Shown here: one piece after another, positions 49,090-62,369 of the stretch
How the letters are laid out: every line of letters starts with the position of its first letter
Position numbering within the stretch: position 1 is the first letter of the stretch
Source of the DNA: Tubiluchus corallicola
Lineage: Eukaryota; Animalia; Priapulida
Length of the DNA stretch: 64,000 nt
NCBI GenBank assembly: GCA_030141605.1
Contig: JAQGDQ010002374.1
Coordinates: 62,001 to 126,000, forward strand
Direction: 5' to 3'
Position numbers and translations under genes: made by a program
Notes under the pieces: model-generated
Database searches by the model: none
What the model was told of the DNA's origin: nothing
What the model saw: only the letters and a program-made list of their open reading frames with translations

Positions 49090-49500
49090 TGGGGTCAATA
49101 TGGCGGAGCGAATATGTTTGTAATACGTCTTACCCGAGTATCGAATTGCGTTTGAACTGCTTTCCATTCATTAAGCTCCTCGGCACAGCCGGTTCGTAAT
49201 CTTCATAACTTGCATTACTGAAGGTATTTGTGGCAATTTCTTTCACATGATGATTCTCCGATTCGTTTTGTAATGATCAGTACGTTCCTCAACTAATTCA
49301 CTGAAATCATTCATTGCTACATTGTGCTTCGCGTTGAGGGCAATATTTTCTGCCGTACTTTTCCTTTGTACATCAGCTCCAGCAACAAGCACTCGAACAG
49401 GCTTGCCTATCAGCACAAGATCGTGGGAAAAATGCGCATGCGCCTCATTCACTGTACAAGCAGACGCTCGCTGAGTTACTGAATGCTTGCTCATTTACCA
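49090..49500 (-). promoter_or_regulatory. Candidate promoter / non-coding first exon of the giant zinc-finger gene
   Basis: Locally CpG-richer. NRF1-like palindrome GCGCATGCGC at 49434-49443, ATGGCGG (YY1-like) near 49100, and a minus-strand donor-like GG|GTAAGA near 49133. The ZnF exon needs an upstream donor. Confidence 0.3.
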
Positions 49501-49629
49501 TGCTTTGTGTTATAGTCGTTATACAAATTGTTTCTGTATTATCTGGCATGTTGGATCTTTAACAATGGACGATACGTAGCATAAATTACCGATTACTACA
49601 TCTTTGCCAGAGTTGTAGCTAAACACAGG

Positions 49630-50270
49630 GCTAGATGAACAAACTATTCCCAGACAAATGATAAAAGAATCTCAATTATTTTGGTGCAATAATTGGTTTT
49701 AGGCCACATGACAATTACAGATATAGGAACAACACTTGGGAATAATAATTGACTATTAATTGGCATGGCATTCCCATTCCAACATGTTAACAGCAAAATA
49801 AGCAAAATTAATGGAATGTCTTTTTTTAAATTGGGCATAATATCAATAAAGATACAATGAAACTCATTTCTGACTGTTCATGGCATTGCCCCTAATTCAG
49901 CTTTGAAACCCCTTACAATCAATCAAAATAAATTTATTTAATTAATGACATTTGCCAGTAGAAGAGCTCATGTTACATCGTTGTGTTATGAATTAAACCT
50001 GCTAAAACTAAAACATACATAAATTAGAATTAAACAATTTTGTTTACAGATTCAAACATAACACTCATCCAGTACTGTTTTCTTATTACTATCACTCTAT
50101 AGACACAACACATGATTACAACTCTAGATTTGCAAGCAGCAGCAATTATGACATAGAACGTTTCAACACAAATTTGAGACAGGTCACTGAAATTCCAGGG
50201 TCTATTTTGTGGAATAGCCTTCCCAGTGATATGAAAACTGCTTCCTATCGTAATCTAAAATATAAACATT
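49630..50270 (+). mobile_element. Degenerate CR1/L2-clade LINE ORF2 3' fragment
   Basis: Remnants LGIIID...HVNSKISKING, HDYNSR and ILWNSLPSDMK with multiple frameshifts. Confidence 0.6.
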
Positions 50271-51020
50271 ATTAAAGTTAAGATCTAGTCTTATAGCTGA
50301 CTACTGTAACAACTAGCATTACTATCATTACTGGTTATCTGATCCCAGGTAAAAAAGTTGCTGACAAAATGCATTGGAAAAAAAATAACCCTAACCCTGA
50401 CCTTAGCCAGAACTGTGGCTTTTTCCGTGACTTTTTTCCTGTGACTTTATTATAGATCTGGGCCTATTATTAGGTACATGTTAGTTAGTATTATAGATTT
50501 TATTTTTTTTAAAGTTACTTCAAAATGATATCGTTATAAATTCACAGTCCTGAAATGGAAGGAACATACATCCAGTCAATTGTTGATTTGTTGCATTATG
50601 CTTAAGAGAAGAAAAATAAATTGTCTATGTCTTATAAAATTTTGATTTCTGATGTTGATTTTGCTTTTGGTATTTTACATTCTGTAGTCTTGAACATGAC
50701 TTTTCTACAATTGAAACTAACTTTGTCTTACCAACAAGAACACTAGCTGTTGTAAATTAGCAGTACTGTTAAATCTACATACTGTACGTAAACAAAATAT
50801 TGTAATCCCTCTCAAAAAAGATAAATTTCCTTTCACAAATTGAGTCTGAATTCGCCAGCTTAGTATCTTAGTCAATCAACTTCTTGATCAAAATCCTTAT
50901 TTTTCTGATTACTGTTGTCTGTGCAAGCATGCACAGTTAACTGTACTAAATTTCTGCATGTAACTTATGTTTTATTACTCTTATGGCATATTAATTTTGG
51001 CTGTCTGTTATTCCATACAG

Positions 51021-51179
51021 TTGTGCCTTTTTGACGATATACTGTCATTGTTTTCTGGAGAGCACGTGTCACTGGCAGAACATTCAGGGAAACTCCTTGT
51101 GTTATCTAGCTTGCTGTACTCTTTTCATGCAACAAACAAAAATGTAGAGAAATCTGTTGTTGTTTCAAATTATACTGAG
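51021..51179 (+). CDS. RAD54B: RAD54B exon
   Basis: cag|LCLFDD...EHSGKLLVLSSLL...EKSVVVSNYTE|gtatgc; phase 0/0. Confidence 0.9.
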
Positions 51180-51188
51180 GTATGCTAC

Positions 51189-51416
51189 TGGCACGTTCAG
51201 ACGTAGAGACTAATCTCGCAATTTGCTGCGCAACTTCTGTCTGAGAGTAGTTGCAGGTGTGAGTGGTTTGGCAACTTCTCTCGCAACTTGCTGTGCAACT
51301 TTTCTCTTTTCCTTCTGGGTTTGCAATAAGCTGCAAGAAAAGTTGCCAACCATTCACACGTGTGGCGTACTCTCAGAGAGAAGTTGCGGGAGAAGTCTCG
51401 ACGTCTGAATATGCCA
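51189..51416. mobile_element. PIF/Harbinger-like MITE
   Basis: TIRs tggcacgttcagacgtagagact / agtctcgacgtctgaatatgcca; internal gcaactt/aagttgc repeats; flanks tac/taa (near-TWA TSD). Confidence 0.7.
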
Positions 51417-51659
51417 TAAAGAAAATGCAATAAAGTTTAAACATGCATTCATAATTGTATTAATAGCACTTATTATTATACTATATACTATGAGTATTAA
51501 TTGTTACACCGTAATTAAATTGTGTTAAAAGTTACCACTATTTGTAAACTACAACCACTAAATTGTTTATTTTGTAAATTCCTGAGAAACCTCGTCCTAA
51601 ATTTGTTGTACATCGATGCAGTTGAAATGTATTTGTAATCAAGTGGTTAATGTTTTTAG

Positions 51660-51786
51660 ACGTTAGATATTTTACAAGAAGTGTGCGTTAAAAGCAATTA
51701 TCGTTACTTGAGACTGGATGGGACAACACCTTCCAGTAGACGGCAAGAACTGGTAGATCAGTTTAACAACAGGAACGCTTCAGAAA
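51660..51786 (+). CDS. RAD54B: RAD54B exon
   Basis: tag|TLDILQEVC...YLRLDGTTPSSRRQELVDQFN...|gtatgt; phase 0/1. Confidence 0.92.
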
Positions 51787-52063
51787 GTATGTAGAGTTTT
51801 AGTTGTTTATGTGGTTAGTGAAATCGTGATGTAGTTTGGTTTTGCATTCTTGCTCATATTTAGAAATGGCTAAAAAGGTGGTAATTTTGTTGGTATATGT
51901 CACTTCAAACACACCTAAATTTGGCATCATTATTTAAGCTTATGGACATGAAATTTTATAAATACTAATACTAGAAGAAACTGCTTGATATCTTTGTCAA
52001 CGATGAGTTCGATCCATGACTTGCATAAATTATTAATTAAATTCTGTTGTATTCGCATTCTAG

Positions 52064-52236
52064 CTGTATTCTTACTAAGCTGCAAAGCTGGCGGACAAGG
52101 ATTAAACCTGATCGGAGCTTCGAGGCTTATTCTCTACGACATTGACTGGAATCCGGCCAATGACCTGCAGGCCATGGCTCGTGTATGGCGAGATGGACAG
52201 AAAAGAACAGTGCACATATATCGTCTGCTCACAGTG
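52064..52236 (+). CDS. RAD54B: RAD54B exon (helicase motifs V-VI)
   Basis: [63 protein letters not shown] is RAD54B-type rather than RAD54L FDPDWNP. Confidence 0.93.
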
Positions 52237-52479
52237 GTATTTTATTACTGTCTTTTAAAAGCAATTTTATTCTTAGAATTGGATTGAATCATTTTTAGGT
52301 GTTTTCTTCTACAATATCGTTTTATTTACTAACCATAACGCAATTAGTTTAGATACAGTTTTTGGATCATTTGCCCGTCACATGAAATTGGCAGGTAGCG
52401 GTTGCTGCTTTTCTTTTCTGGTCTCCCCTTTCCCAGTAATGTGCCATGCTAGCTAAATGCCACCTAGTAAAAATAGTAA

Positions 52480-53440
52480 CAAAAACCTATGAATTATTAT
52501 GTAATTATAGATTATGATAATGCATACTAACCATGCACAAACGGGGAACCCTAGCATGCTGCTTATTACAGGCATCCACAGCATACTGGCCACTATGGCA
52601 CAGGTGCTGGAAGTGTCCCATGGTATTGATGTCATGCCTATAATTGACTGAATGATGTAAAATGATGTGGATACTAATGCCTGCACAATTGTACATGTCT
52701 AACAAAAGGACTCCACTCTCTGCTTCTGCAGACAGAAAGTGGTTCAAGCTGTTCAAGAAAACTTGCACTCATTGTCATCTACTATGTAGATAGTTACAGA
52801 AATGCACTGTTAGCTTTTTATATGCATAAGAGTTGTTGATTTGAATTGTGATGAATCATAGCGGGAGACCCACATGTCCTGGACAACGTCTTGTCAGGTT
52901 GATCACATCGTCTTTCAGCAAGTATCACATTGTCTGGGGAGGTCAGGATCTCATTTAAAGTGTCAGCCGGCCCACTCAAATACATGACCGTATTACTGAC
53001 AAACGTTTTGCCGAACCTCTGTCATAATCTTAATCTTGATGAATGTAGATGTTGTATTACTAGATGAATCTTCCAATCTTTTCCTTGCACTTTTTCAACT
53101 TGTGGTGTGACTCTTAGACAAGAAAAGTAGCTCACATTAGTGGCTGGGAGTACGTGAAAAAACTTGGAATATGCCTGTTCTCACTTGTAAAGACCTAATT
53201 CCTGATACTGTACTCTATCTGCGCAGTTCAACCATTGGACCACTTATGGAGTCCGTGTCTGGGATGGTGTCATTGTCTTTTTTACTGTAAAGCACTTGGC
53301 AGATTGCAAATAACCATTCTAGTGACATCTGACTTGGGATCTGCAGTCTTTTGTACAACGAAGGTTTATTGTTACATGAAGCCGCTTATTGCTCCGCTTG
53401 AGAAGATGCATTCACGATCCTTGTTTGTTGGTTGCTAAAT
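52480..53440 (-). mobile_element. Probable highly degraded non-LTR retrotransposon fragment
   Basis: GC-richer intronic block with broken minus-strand remnants (PDNV..LLK..DQ) resembling an RT N-terminus. Confidence 0.3.
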
Positions 53441-53618
53441 GCCAACAACTTGTTGGCAGTACTTACATTGTACCTTTTGCTTCAGGAAAATATGTTATAA
53501 AATATTTCAATTCGGTAACAGCTTAATTGTAGGAATTCTGTTTTCTCTAAACCTGCTTTCACATTTCACTTCCTAGTAAATGTAGACCTTTAACTGTTGT
53601 ACTATTAGCCTTGCATGG

Positions 53619-53888
53619 CAGAGGCATCTCTAATGCATGGGCATGCTGGGCAGTTGCCCCGGGACTCGATGTGCATCGGGCCCATGCTAATCTATGAATG
53701 TTGTGATTTGCTGTCAATAAATAAATACTATGCTAAGCTATACTATACTATACTGGAAGTACCAATACAATAAATATATGTTTAATTTTATCGACATTTA
53801 CATTTTTGTTCCAGAATGGTTGTGTAGGTAGGGGGTCCCAATACACTGCTTTTCTGGGGGCCTACAATACTGTTTTGAGATGGTTCTG
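53619..53888. mobile_element. Old hAT-like MITE
   Basis: Imperfect TIRs cagaggcatctc / gagatggttctg with internal gggccc/ggggcc motifs; no clear TSD. Confidence 0.4.
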
Positions 53889-53975
53889 TTACCTAGCTGT
53901 CTATATGTATTAACCAATGTTACTGTTGCATTACATATTTATTTGCAGGTGTGTTAGTTATTTTGTCTTATACAG

Positions 53976-54092
53976 GGCACCATAGAAGAAAAGATTTATC
54001 AGCGGCAAGTAATGAAACAAGGCTTGAGCAGTGCCATAGTCGATGCCAGCAGCTGCAGCAGCACTGTCACTTTTTCTCAAGAGGAATTAAAG
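53976..54092 (+). CDS. RAD54B: RAD54B exon
   Basis: cag|GTIEEKIYQRQVMKQGLSSAIVD...FSQEELK|gttgta; phase 0/0. Confidence 0.92.
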
Positions 54093-54551
54093 GTTGTATA
54101 TGCAAATTTTGATCAGTTGAATTTCTGGTAAAAAAGGGAATGCATGAGTAACTCGTGTGAGTCTGCATTTTGAAACAAACTGTCAATCACGATAATTGTT
54201 TTTAAGCAGCAATTGGAAACTTCAACTTCATAATTGGTTGAACTGTACCATGAGTATTAAGGAAATAAATTGCTATTATTATTACAATGACTTTTGAGCT
54301 AATATACTGAAGTTTATTAAAGAAAATCAGAGACAAACATTCAAGTCTGCTTGTGCGATATGCTGGTTTGCAGCATCAACACCATAAACAAATGTGGTAA
54401 TGCACAAGGTAATGTGTAAATACTTGCATTATTGATGAAATTTATTTTTATTTCCTTTTTTATTAAAAATTTCTTGCCACAACAATGCCTAATGGTATTT
54501 TATTAATAGGATTTTCCTATCTGTCTTTATGTTATGACAAATTGTTCGCAG

Positions 54552-54752
54552 GATTTATTTACTCTGGTGAAAAGTGAAACCTGTGCTACACATGACTTGC
54601 TGAACTGCGTGTGTGACCAACTATGTGGTGCCATTTCATCTTCCAAAATTGACAGTATGGTACCTATGAATGTGAAAGCCAAACACTTATCTATGGATCA
54701 ACTGATGGAGTGGGAGCATTACAAAGGACCAATACAGAACTGCGTTCTTCAA
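54552..54752 (+). CDS. RAD54B: RAD54B exon
   Basis: cag|DLFTL...CATHDLLNCVC...LSMDQLMEWEH...|gtgaga; Rad54 C-terminal C/H motif and RAD54B-like LSMxQLxxWxH. Confidence 0.88.
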
Positions 54753-56163
54753 GTGAGAATTAAAGTTTTATTGTAACGATGTTTTTACAGCAATTAATAT
54801 TATTTACTGTAAATTTTATTTGGTAAAAGTTAATTTATCGATAAAAGCTTTTAAAGGCCAGTGCAAGTGAAAGTTTAATTTAGCACAGAAACTCTAGTGA
54901 CTTAATATACAGATGTAGGTAGGGTAACTTTGTGCAACTAACCGACCCTTTCAATATTGCATAATGGCATCCTGCAACAAAGAGATGAGATAACTGTAGG
55001 TCAATGAGACCAGAGGTGGGTAACCATCTGTCCCCTACTTTTTGGGCATTCGCTCAGATTTATGGCAATTTTCTTTGTGTCCTGGCTTGTACGCCTACGT
55101 AAGACAATGAGTAATAACTAGGCAATAACCTGTACATAACATTTACAAAGCATAGAAAATAAACAGTACATAAAACATTTTCCAGTCCCTGCAAGAAGCA
55201 ATTTCCATTCCGTAGATATTTCATTTTTTGAAGATGGAAGCGCTCTAAATGCGCTCCAGTGTCTTTAGTACAGGCTAACAGATTCGCAATATTCGTTTTG
55301 TGCGGATAACTAGTCAGAATACCGCATTTAACGCTGGTAAACAGCCCAGAAAACGAACATTTTAGTCCAGCAGTGGCCGCCATCTTGAATGCTAGAGTCC
55401 AGTCCTGTCGGTAGTTTAACCAATGTGCTGTCCAGGCCCCTAGTTGCCAAAGATGAATATTTATGACGTTTTGAAGTATTTTGACAGGATTTGACAACTC
55501 ATGTTACCTACACGAAGCTTTTTGATGAACGTTGTTACCTATATTTTCACCCTGATACATGCCTCTTTCAAGGGTCATTTACAATAGGGTGGAAATTCGC
55601 TCCATCGAAATTGTCACTGCAACATAGTGGGATGGGATGCTCTGTTCACATACATATCGATATTTTTGTTCCCGCCCCCGCAGTGGGTAAGATATAAGAC
55701 TTTGAAATGACGGAGTATTTGCATCTTGTGCGTAATGCGAGCTGAAAGAGGGGGGTTTGGGACAAAAGTCGAAAAGTCATTTTGGAGAAGATAACAAGAC
55801 CCAATACTGTGCAGAGTCAGATTTATTCAAACTCAGTGGTTGTTGCATGGTTAATCCTTCAAATATGTGTAAAAAAATAGAGAAAAATAGGCACTTTTTC
55901 ATGAAAATCGGCCTATGTCGTACCTCTGCTACTATGAGGAGTTGGACCAAGCAGATTCACATAGTGAATACTAGTGACTAGTGGACCTCATACCCGAACT
56001 TTGGTCTGAATCGGTTTACCTAACCTTGTGCCGGAATTTTTCGAATTTGCATGGTCTTCTGGCGGACGCGTTCTTAAGCTTCACACATTAAATTTATCAG
56101 TGGTTAAAAACTTATCGAAAAAATAAAAAAAGTGCCCTGTTTGCGTCATGCTGGATACATTAA

Positions 56164-56875
56164 AGGAAAAATCAGGACTTTTAGGAAGTTGAACTTATTT
56201 TAACATTTGGGGGGAAAATGTTAAGAAAGTTTCAGCAGTAACTTCAGCTTTAGTTTACAGGCGCCTGGTGCAATTAGTAAAGTCAATTTAAAGTCATGAT
56301 AATTTCACACTTGGGGTGCTCATTTTGAATGAAAAATGACGTTATATGGTTGCCGTTCAGTTTAAAGCCTGGTGCAATTAGTAAAGTCAATTTAAAGTCA
56401 TGATAATTTCACACTTGGGGTGCTCATTTTGAATGAAAAATGACGTCATATGGTTGCCGTTCAGTATAAACACCTATCCTGCCAGGTGCTTCAGCAAACT
56501 TTTTTGCAGCTGCATTTGCTGTTATATTACTTAGAAGCAGTCCAAAACATAAAACGAGAGATTAATAATACCATTTTTTTGCTGTTTGATGAATCTTTAT
56601 TGCCCACTATATAATAAAATCAGTTACCCACGATAATAGTAGATATTAATAATACCATTTTTTGCTATTTGATGAAAAGCGTGCTTTCCTGTTACTTACC
56701 AGCTTACATCATTTTTTGTGTTTGTCCTCAGCGAGGTTCGTTTGGCGGAACATAAAAAATTATTTTGCATTTTTAAGCAAGGCATCTTATGTGCATATAT
56801 TGTGCGGTGAATTCAGTACTTCTCAGTGTATATTAAAATGCAATAAATTTTGTTAATTCAAGAACTGGTTTTCCT
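56164..56875. mobile_element. Non-autonomous Kolobok-like DNA element
   Basis: TTAA on both sides (56160-56163, 56876-56879); termini aggaaaaatcag / ctggttttcct. Confidence 0.6.
56263..56470. repeat. Two-copy 104-bp tandem duplication
   Basis: 56263-56366 vs 56367-56470, two visible mismatches. Confidence 0.92.
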
Positions 56876-57225
56876 TTAACATCTGCCCCTACTGCTTTAC
56901 CATAAATTGGTGAGATCACAAAATTTGACTTTAAGCATTTTTTTCTTTTTGTCTCCCAAGTCCCAATTCAGCTGTCCAGTATTTTAATGAACGATACTTC
57001 TCATTTAAATTAAATAAAAACAGATCTTAAATGCCAAAGCAGAGTAAATACCACTTACAGAATTAGCTACTATAAAATGCCTGGCTGTGTTCACCATAAG
57101 CAATATAATAGCATCAATCGTATTAAAATTATTAATATTATCTCGACGAAAGTAATCTACGAGTCTTTCTAATTTCACTAAAAAAGTTATACGTATAAGT
57201 TACTATTATTTGCAACTAATTACAG

Positions 57226-57300
57226 GGCAGCCATTTGCAAGCTGTTGGCAATGCAGTCAGCTTTGTCTTCTCCTATAAAGTCAACAAGCCAACAACATAA
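57226..57300 (+). CDS. RAD54B: Probable terminal RAD54B exon
   Basis: ctaattacag|GSHLQAVGNAVSFVFSYKVNKPTT*; VSF(V/I)F is typical of Rad54-family C-termini; phase 0. Confidence 0.75.
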   Translation, partial: GSHLQAVGNAVSFVFSYKVNKPTT

Positions 57301-60300
57301 TTAGTCCACACCGATTCACAGCATGTGGCAAATGAGGTTCTGTGCACCATGATTCTATGTACACGATATATAGTAGCAACAGATGTGCTTAAGATGTGGA
57401 CTGAAACAATATTTTCAATTGTAAGTATGTCTGAACCTCATAATTTAACATATGTTTGAACCTCATACCTCCAGCCGATTGAATAACTGAATGGAGTAGT
57501 TGTACATACGTGTATCAACATGCTGAAAAATGTTACAGACAGTTGTCTATTTACTCATACTTGTTTATTGTATATCTCTGCAGTAAACTATTGTACTGTT
57601 TAAGAATGACTTACAAACTAATCAACTTCAAGTCTTTCTTTCATATACTTAAAATATCTATATTTTTTCTACAAGTTAATTATCACTTTATGTACTATCT
57701 AATAATCATTACTTGTCCATTGCAATGCTAATTTTTAATGCATTTCCAATGAAAAAAACAGCCAAAATAAAACTGCAATAACTCATTTATCTAGTGTGTT
57801 CAGTGAATTCATTTCTGGAATGCCAAAACGTGCTTACAAGTAAAATCTTAATGAAAGCACAAATCTTTGTGATTTTATGTTGGAATGGTCATCAAATCAA
57901 CAAATCAAAACAAATAATAATAACAAAGCATAAAACATAACAACACTGATTACCCGTTATGAACAAATTTACGAGAACTGGCCATAGCCCAACAAACAAA
58001 TCAAATATATTTCAATCACAGATTATTCAGATGAAATGAATAACCATTAAAAATTATAACTAACGAGTCTCATCACATTAGCACATGATAAATGCAAATC
58101 TATGAACTTTAAACGTATCAATAACTATCCCTTGCTAAAAAAAGTTCTGTGCATTTACTATAATGAAAATCTAACAGTACTATCTACAATTACTGACTAT
58201 TCCACAATGTAGAATTTCTAACTGTATCAACAATATAATTAATGCAAAACTGCACACCAATAAACTTGAAACACGAAAATGTATATTGCACATCACCTGC
58301 TAAACAACTAAATTATATAACAATGAAAATTTGACAAGGTTATCCATGACTTCATGATTATTGCCACATAGTGAAAAATTTCTAATTGCTAACAACATAC
58401 ATGTAATGCAAAATCAAGATTATAAACACCAACTATTTATACACAGTTATTACTTTTAATTACAAACAACATCAATACAATTAGTAGGCAACTTAGGATA
58501 ATTTAACACTTAATCACATAATAATTTTAATAACATCTAAACAAAAAAAACTCGTATTAAAACGACTATGACTAGATCAATAAACTAAATTAAATCATTT
58601 ATTTTTTTTTTCACGTATGATTAGTGATGTTAACAGTTGTTATTAATTCATCAGTCCACAGACAGTAAATTATCATAGTAATACATTCATGCCAATAAAA
58701 TATGATACTGAAAATGACAGACATTATAAGCATAGTTTATAATACCTACCAAACAGTCAAATCACAAATTAAACAAAATGAATGCTAGGAATTTAGGAAT
58801 AATAGTAAATGTAAAGTAATGAAAAACTGAGGCCAATAAAAGTAATAATTCATTACATATATGTCTAAGCATACTCGTTGTTAAAGATACCTTATAGAAA
58901 GGCTCCATGAATGATGTTTAAAACCAGTCTGAATAATTACTAGTATGTCAAATTGTGATTATACATCAAATTCTGAAGGCTATGACATACTTAAAACTAA
59001 AAAAATGAAAAACCATGTTAGTATGTTCACAAACACACATAAGTAACTTATCTGCTGTTTAATCGAAAATGAGTTGAGCTTGAAAGAGAATAAAGAGTTT
59101 TTGAAAATGTGTGCAATTTATACATGCTCGACAAAAAAAATTCTCAGCGTAATTACAGATGGCTACAAAAACAATACACTAAATGATTCACAAATTCTCG
59201 CAACTAATTGTGCAAATTAAAGTTCAGCCAATCACTTATTGCTCAAGCTATAGTATTGAGATAAATGTTGGCTGGGCATACAATATATGGAATGGAATAC
59301 TTGGCAAACTTTAGCTATTACAAATGCTGCGAAAAATAGAGAAAATAAAGTGCAATAGCAACACTAGCATCAATTGTCAGGGCCAATTAAGCATTTGCAA
59401 TCATAATACAGTCAAAAGTAAAAAAAGAAAACTTGCAAAAATGTATAATATCACTAAGCAAAAATAAATTTAGGAATACCAAGCAAAAGCTTCTAAATGA
59501 AATCATAAACCAAAAGAACAAAAGTGTTTTACCTCTGCATAATGGCAAGGTGACTAGGCCAAACGTAATTTTATAATAATTATGACTTAAACAACTTTTC
59601 AGCCTTAACACGTAACAATATACTCAGACATTAGTAATCACAAACAAATTATAACTTAATAAATCATAATGGACACATGTATCACTAAAACACCTAAATG
59701 CACAAAATAGACTACTAACGAGGGCAAGAATTTGGCATTGCTGCAAGAACTGCATTAACTCTTTGGCTTTTGTGACTAACAAAATCACTATAAAATTAAA
59801 AAATAACACCTAATAATACATCTCTAATGACAATTACAACCAGTGTGCTACAGACTAACAAATACAACATTAACAATGGCAAAGTAACCACCTATAGTAC
59901 CTACAATGCTTCTAGAATAAATTACATGACCTCAGTGAGGTAAATATTTAAAATTATATGAACAAATTACTGACTACCATTATTGTTGCATAGTATTCAA
60001 TATGCACTGGTTGAACAAAAAGCTTTTGTGCAACAGCAATTACATTCACATCTTGTCTTACTGCCAACCTTATCAATACACCACAACTTTTCTGGGTGCA
60101 TAATCAATGAACTAATAGCAAGTAAGCTTAGACTGTACTTTAACAATTAACAAAGTTATAAGCAAATGCACTTAAAACATAAAATATTAAATATAACAAA
60201 ATCAGCATCAAGTTAAATAATATTGCTTAAAACGATCTGCAAGTAGTTATGCAGTTGGAAAGCCTCAAAGCTATCACTCCAAGTAATATAACATCTAAAA

Positions 60301-60480
60301 ATTAAGTATAGTAATTCCTCATGTTGTAAAACAAGTTTATTTTGCTAAAATAACCTTAAATAATGCTATAATCATGCTTTTATATTGCACATTGTATCTA
60401 ATATAATGTCAACCATTTTCCATCTTAAAGGAAAGACTGAAGATGTTTTACCTATTGTTTTGCCGCTCATCTTGCACTTA

Positions 60481-60760
60481 CAGTAGAATCTCAATTACTC
60501 GAACACTTATTAACCAAACGAACGAGTTCGTGTTTTATTTGTAGCACGTTTTATACCTTGTGTTTAAATACATGGTCAAGCACTGCTTTTCGAAGTTTTT
60601 GACCCTTAAAACCTGAATACTTCAAACATTCATCATTTCCAATTAACCCTACATACAATGCAACAAATAAATGTAGTGTGATTTATAACTATGGCAAATT
60701 AGCCAAGAATCAGTTATTTGCCATAATTGACTATCAGTCTGGTTAACTGAGACTTTACTG
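60481..60760. mobile_element. Tc1/mariner (Tigger/pogo-like) MITE
   Basis: TA TSD on both sides; TIRs cagtagaatctcaatta / taactgagactttactg. Confidence 0.7.
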
Positions 60761-60932
60761 TAATAACTTTGTCACGCTACTGCCCTGTATGTATACAACC
60801 ATACCACAGTGACACTTGCCATAAAGACAAGCAATGGTCTTTGGTTAATGCAAAAATTCATATCCTTTGCAAATCTTTATACCTGTTACTCGAAGCCTGA
60901 AAGTGTCTGGAAGACTCGACAATGAACAGACT

Positions 60933-61024
60933 TTACAAGCGATCATCAGGCGAAAGAACATCAACCTTATACCATAGTGTTTTGTTCTTTGTCCAACTGT
61001 ACGAATTGTCGAATAACGTGACAT
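60933..61024 (-). CDS. Terminal exon of a SEC14L2-like (CRAL-TRIO/GOLD) gene
   Basis: tttttag|(Y)VTLFDNSYSWTKNKTLWYKVDVLSPDDRL*; GOLD-domain FDNxYS motif. Confidence 0.8.
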
Positions 61025-61491
61025 CTAAAAACAATACAATAAACTCCGCTAAGAAATTTTACAAGTGTGGCTTGCTGCACGAAACAGAATACCTGCAATA
61101 TTCATTTGCTGTAAAGTACTATAACAATATGCTTCCAATTGTTCTTCAGCATTTTAAACAAAAAAACAGCTTTCTTCCATATCTGGAAAGTCGCATACAG
61201 CAACAGTTAGAGCAATCTAATCATCGATTGCGCAAATAGCTTAATTATATATCAATTTTTAATGCATAATTGTCAAATAACTGATGAAAAAAAATCAGTC
61301 TGAAAAAATTCACTCTGTTCATGCCTTGTAACTTTTATGTTAAATTACTGTCTGTAAAGAGCTTACTCTTTGAAATTTAATTAGATCATTTTGTAGTCTA
61401 AGCTCCAGACGAGGACTAGACTACCATTGAAATAATTTTCTGAAATACCAGATCTACTAACATCCCCTACAGGGTTGAACGACCTTGTCAT

Positions 61492-62009
61492 TAGGGGTGA
61501 GCATTCTCTGCCAGAAAGCAAATTCGAATCGAAACGAGCTTCAGTATTTCAAATTCAAATTCAAATTGAAAGATTTTCAAACAAGTTTTCGAATCACCAG
61601 TAAAATAGTCTTACAAGGATCATACATATTACTCGATTTTGTTCTGCAGTAAAACCACTAATAATTTGTTTGAAATTGTGCACAGAAATCACAGCTAAAT
61701 TATGCTAATTGCATGATGTTTCGATCATTTTAATGATAAAAAATGTATGTGATTGAAGTGATGAATATTCGAATCTATAGAATCGAATTTGAAAAAACAC
61801 TAATAATTTGTTTAAAATTGTGCACAGAAATCACAGCTGAATTATGCTAATTGCATGATGTTTCAATCACTTTAATGATAAAGAATGTATGTGATTGAAG
61901 TGCTGAATATTGGAATCTATAGTTTTACATTCGAATCGAATTCAAACTAAAAAAACTCGTTCGAATTTGATTTGAATGTTCAAACTCGAACATTCGATGC
62001 TCACTCCTA
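61492..62009. mobile_element. hAT-type MITE with an internal ~140-bp tandem duplication
   Basis: TIRs taggggtgagcat / atgctcactccta; 8-bp TSD cttgtcat / cttgtcac; many subterminal ttcgaa motifs; 61656-61780 repeated at 61798-61922. Confidence 0.8.
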
Positions 62010-62193
62010 CTTGTCACTGCATAGATAAGCATCTCTGTCCTCTGTTCTTCTGTTCTATAAATAACATTAAAGATGCTTTTCAACTAACTAGAAGAACTAT
62101 GTGACAAGCACTAACTCATCCAGAAACTGGCTAACAATAGTGTTTGCTAAAAAAACTAAGATGGGCTGCACAAATGCATAATCATATACTTAC

Positions 62194-62369
62194 ATATGCC
62201 TGGAACTTCTGCAATGAAACTTCCTGTCTCTGGCACTAGATGGCAGTTACACCGCTGCAAGCTTCGCACATTCGTTAAATCAGACGGTTTGAGTTTTTCA
62301 ATGGGAGTGCCATCCGTTTTCAGGTACAAGCCAAAGCCAATGTCATTTTCGTCTGTGATGAACTCCCAC
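62194..62369 (-). CDS. Penultimate exon of the SEC14L2-like GOLD-domain gene
   Basis: tttgcag|WEFITDENDIGFGLYLK...QRCNCHLVPETGSFIAEVPGI|gtaagt; matches the SEC14L2-type GOLD pattern W.F..D..D.GFG...HLVPE.G...PG.Y. Confidence 0.85.

Noticed and set aside
55060-55497. 145-aa minus-strand ORF
   Set aside because: No recognisable domain; lies in a repeat-like intronic region.
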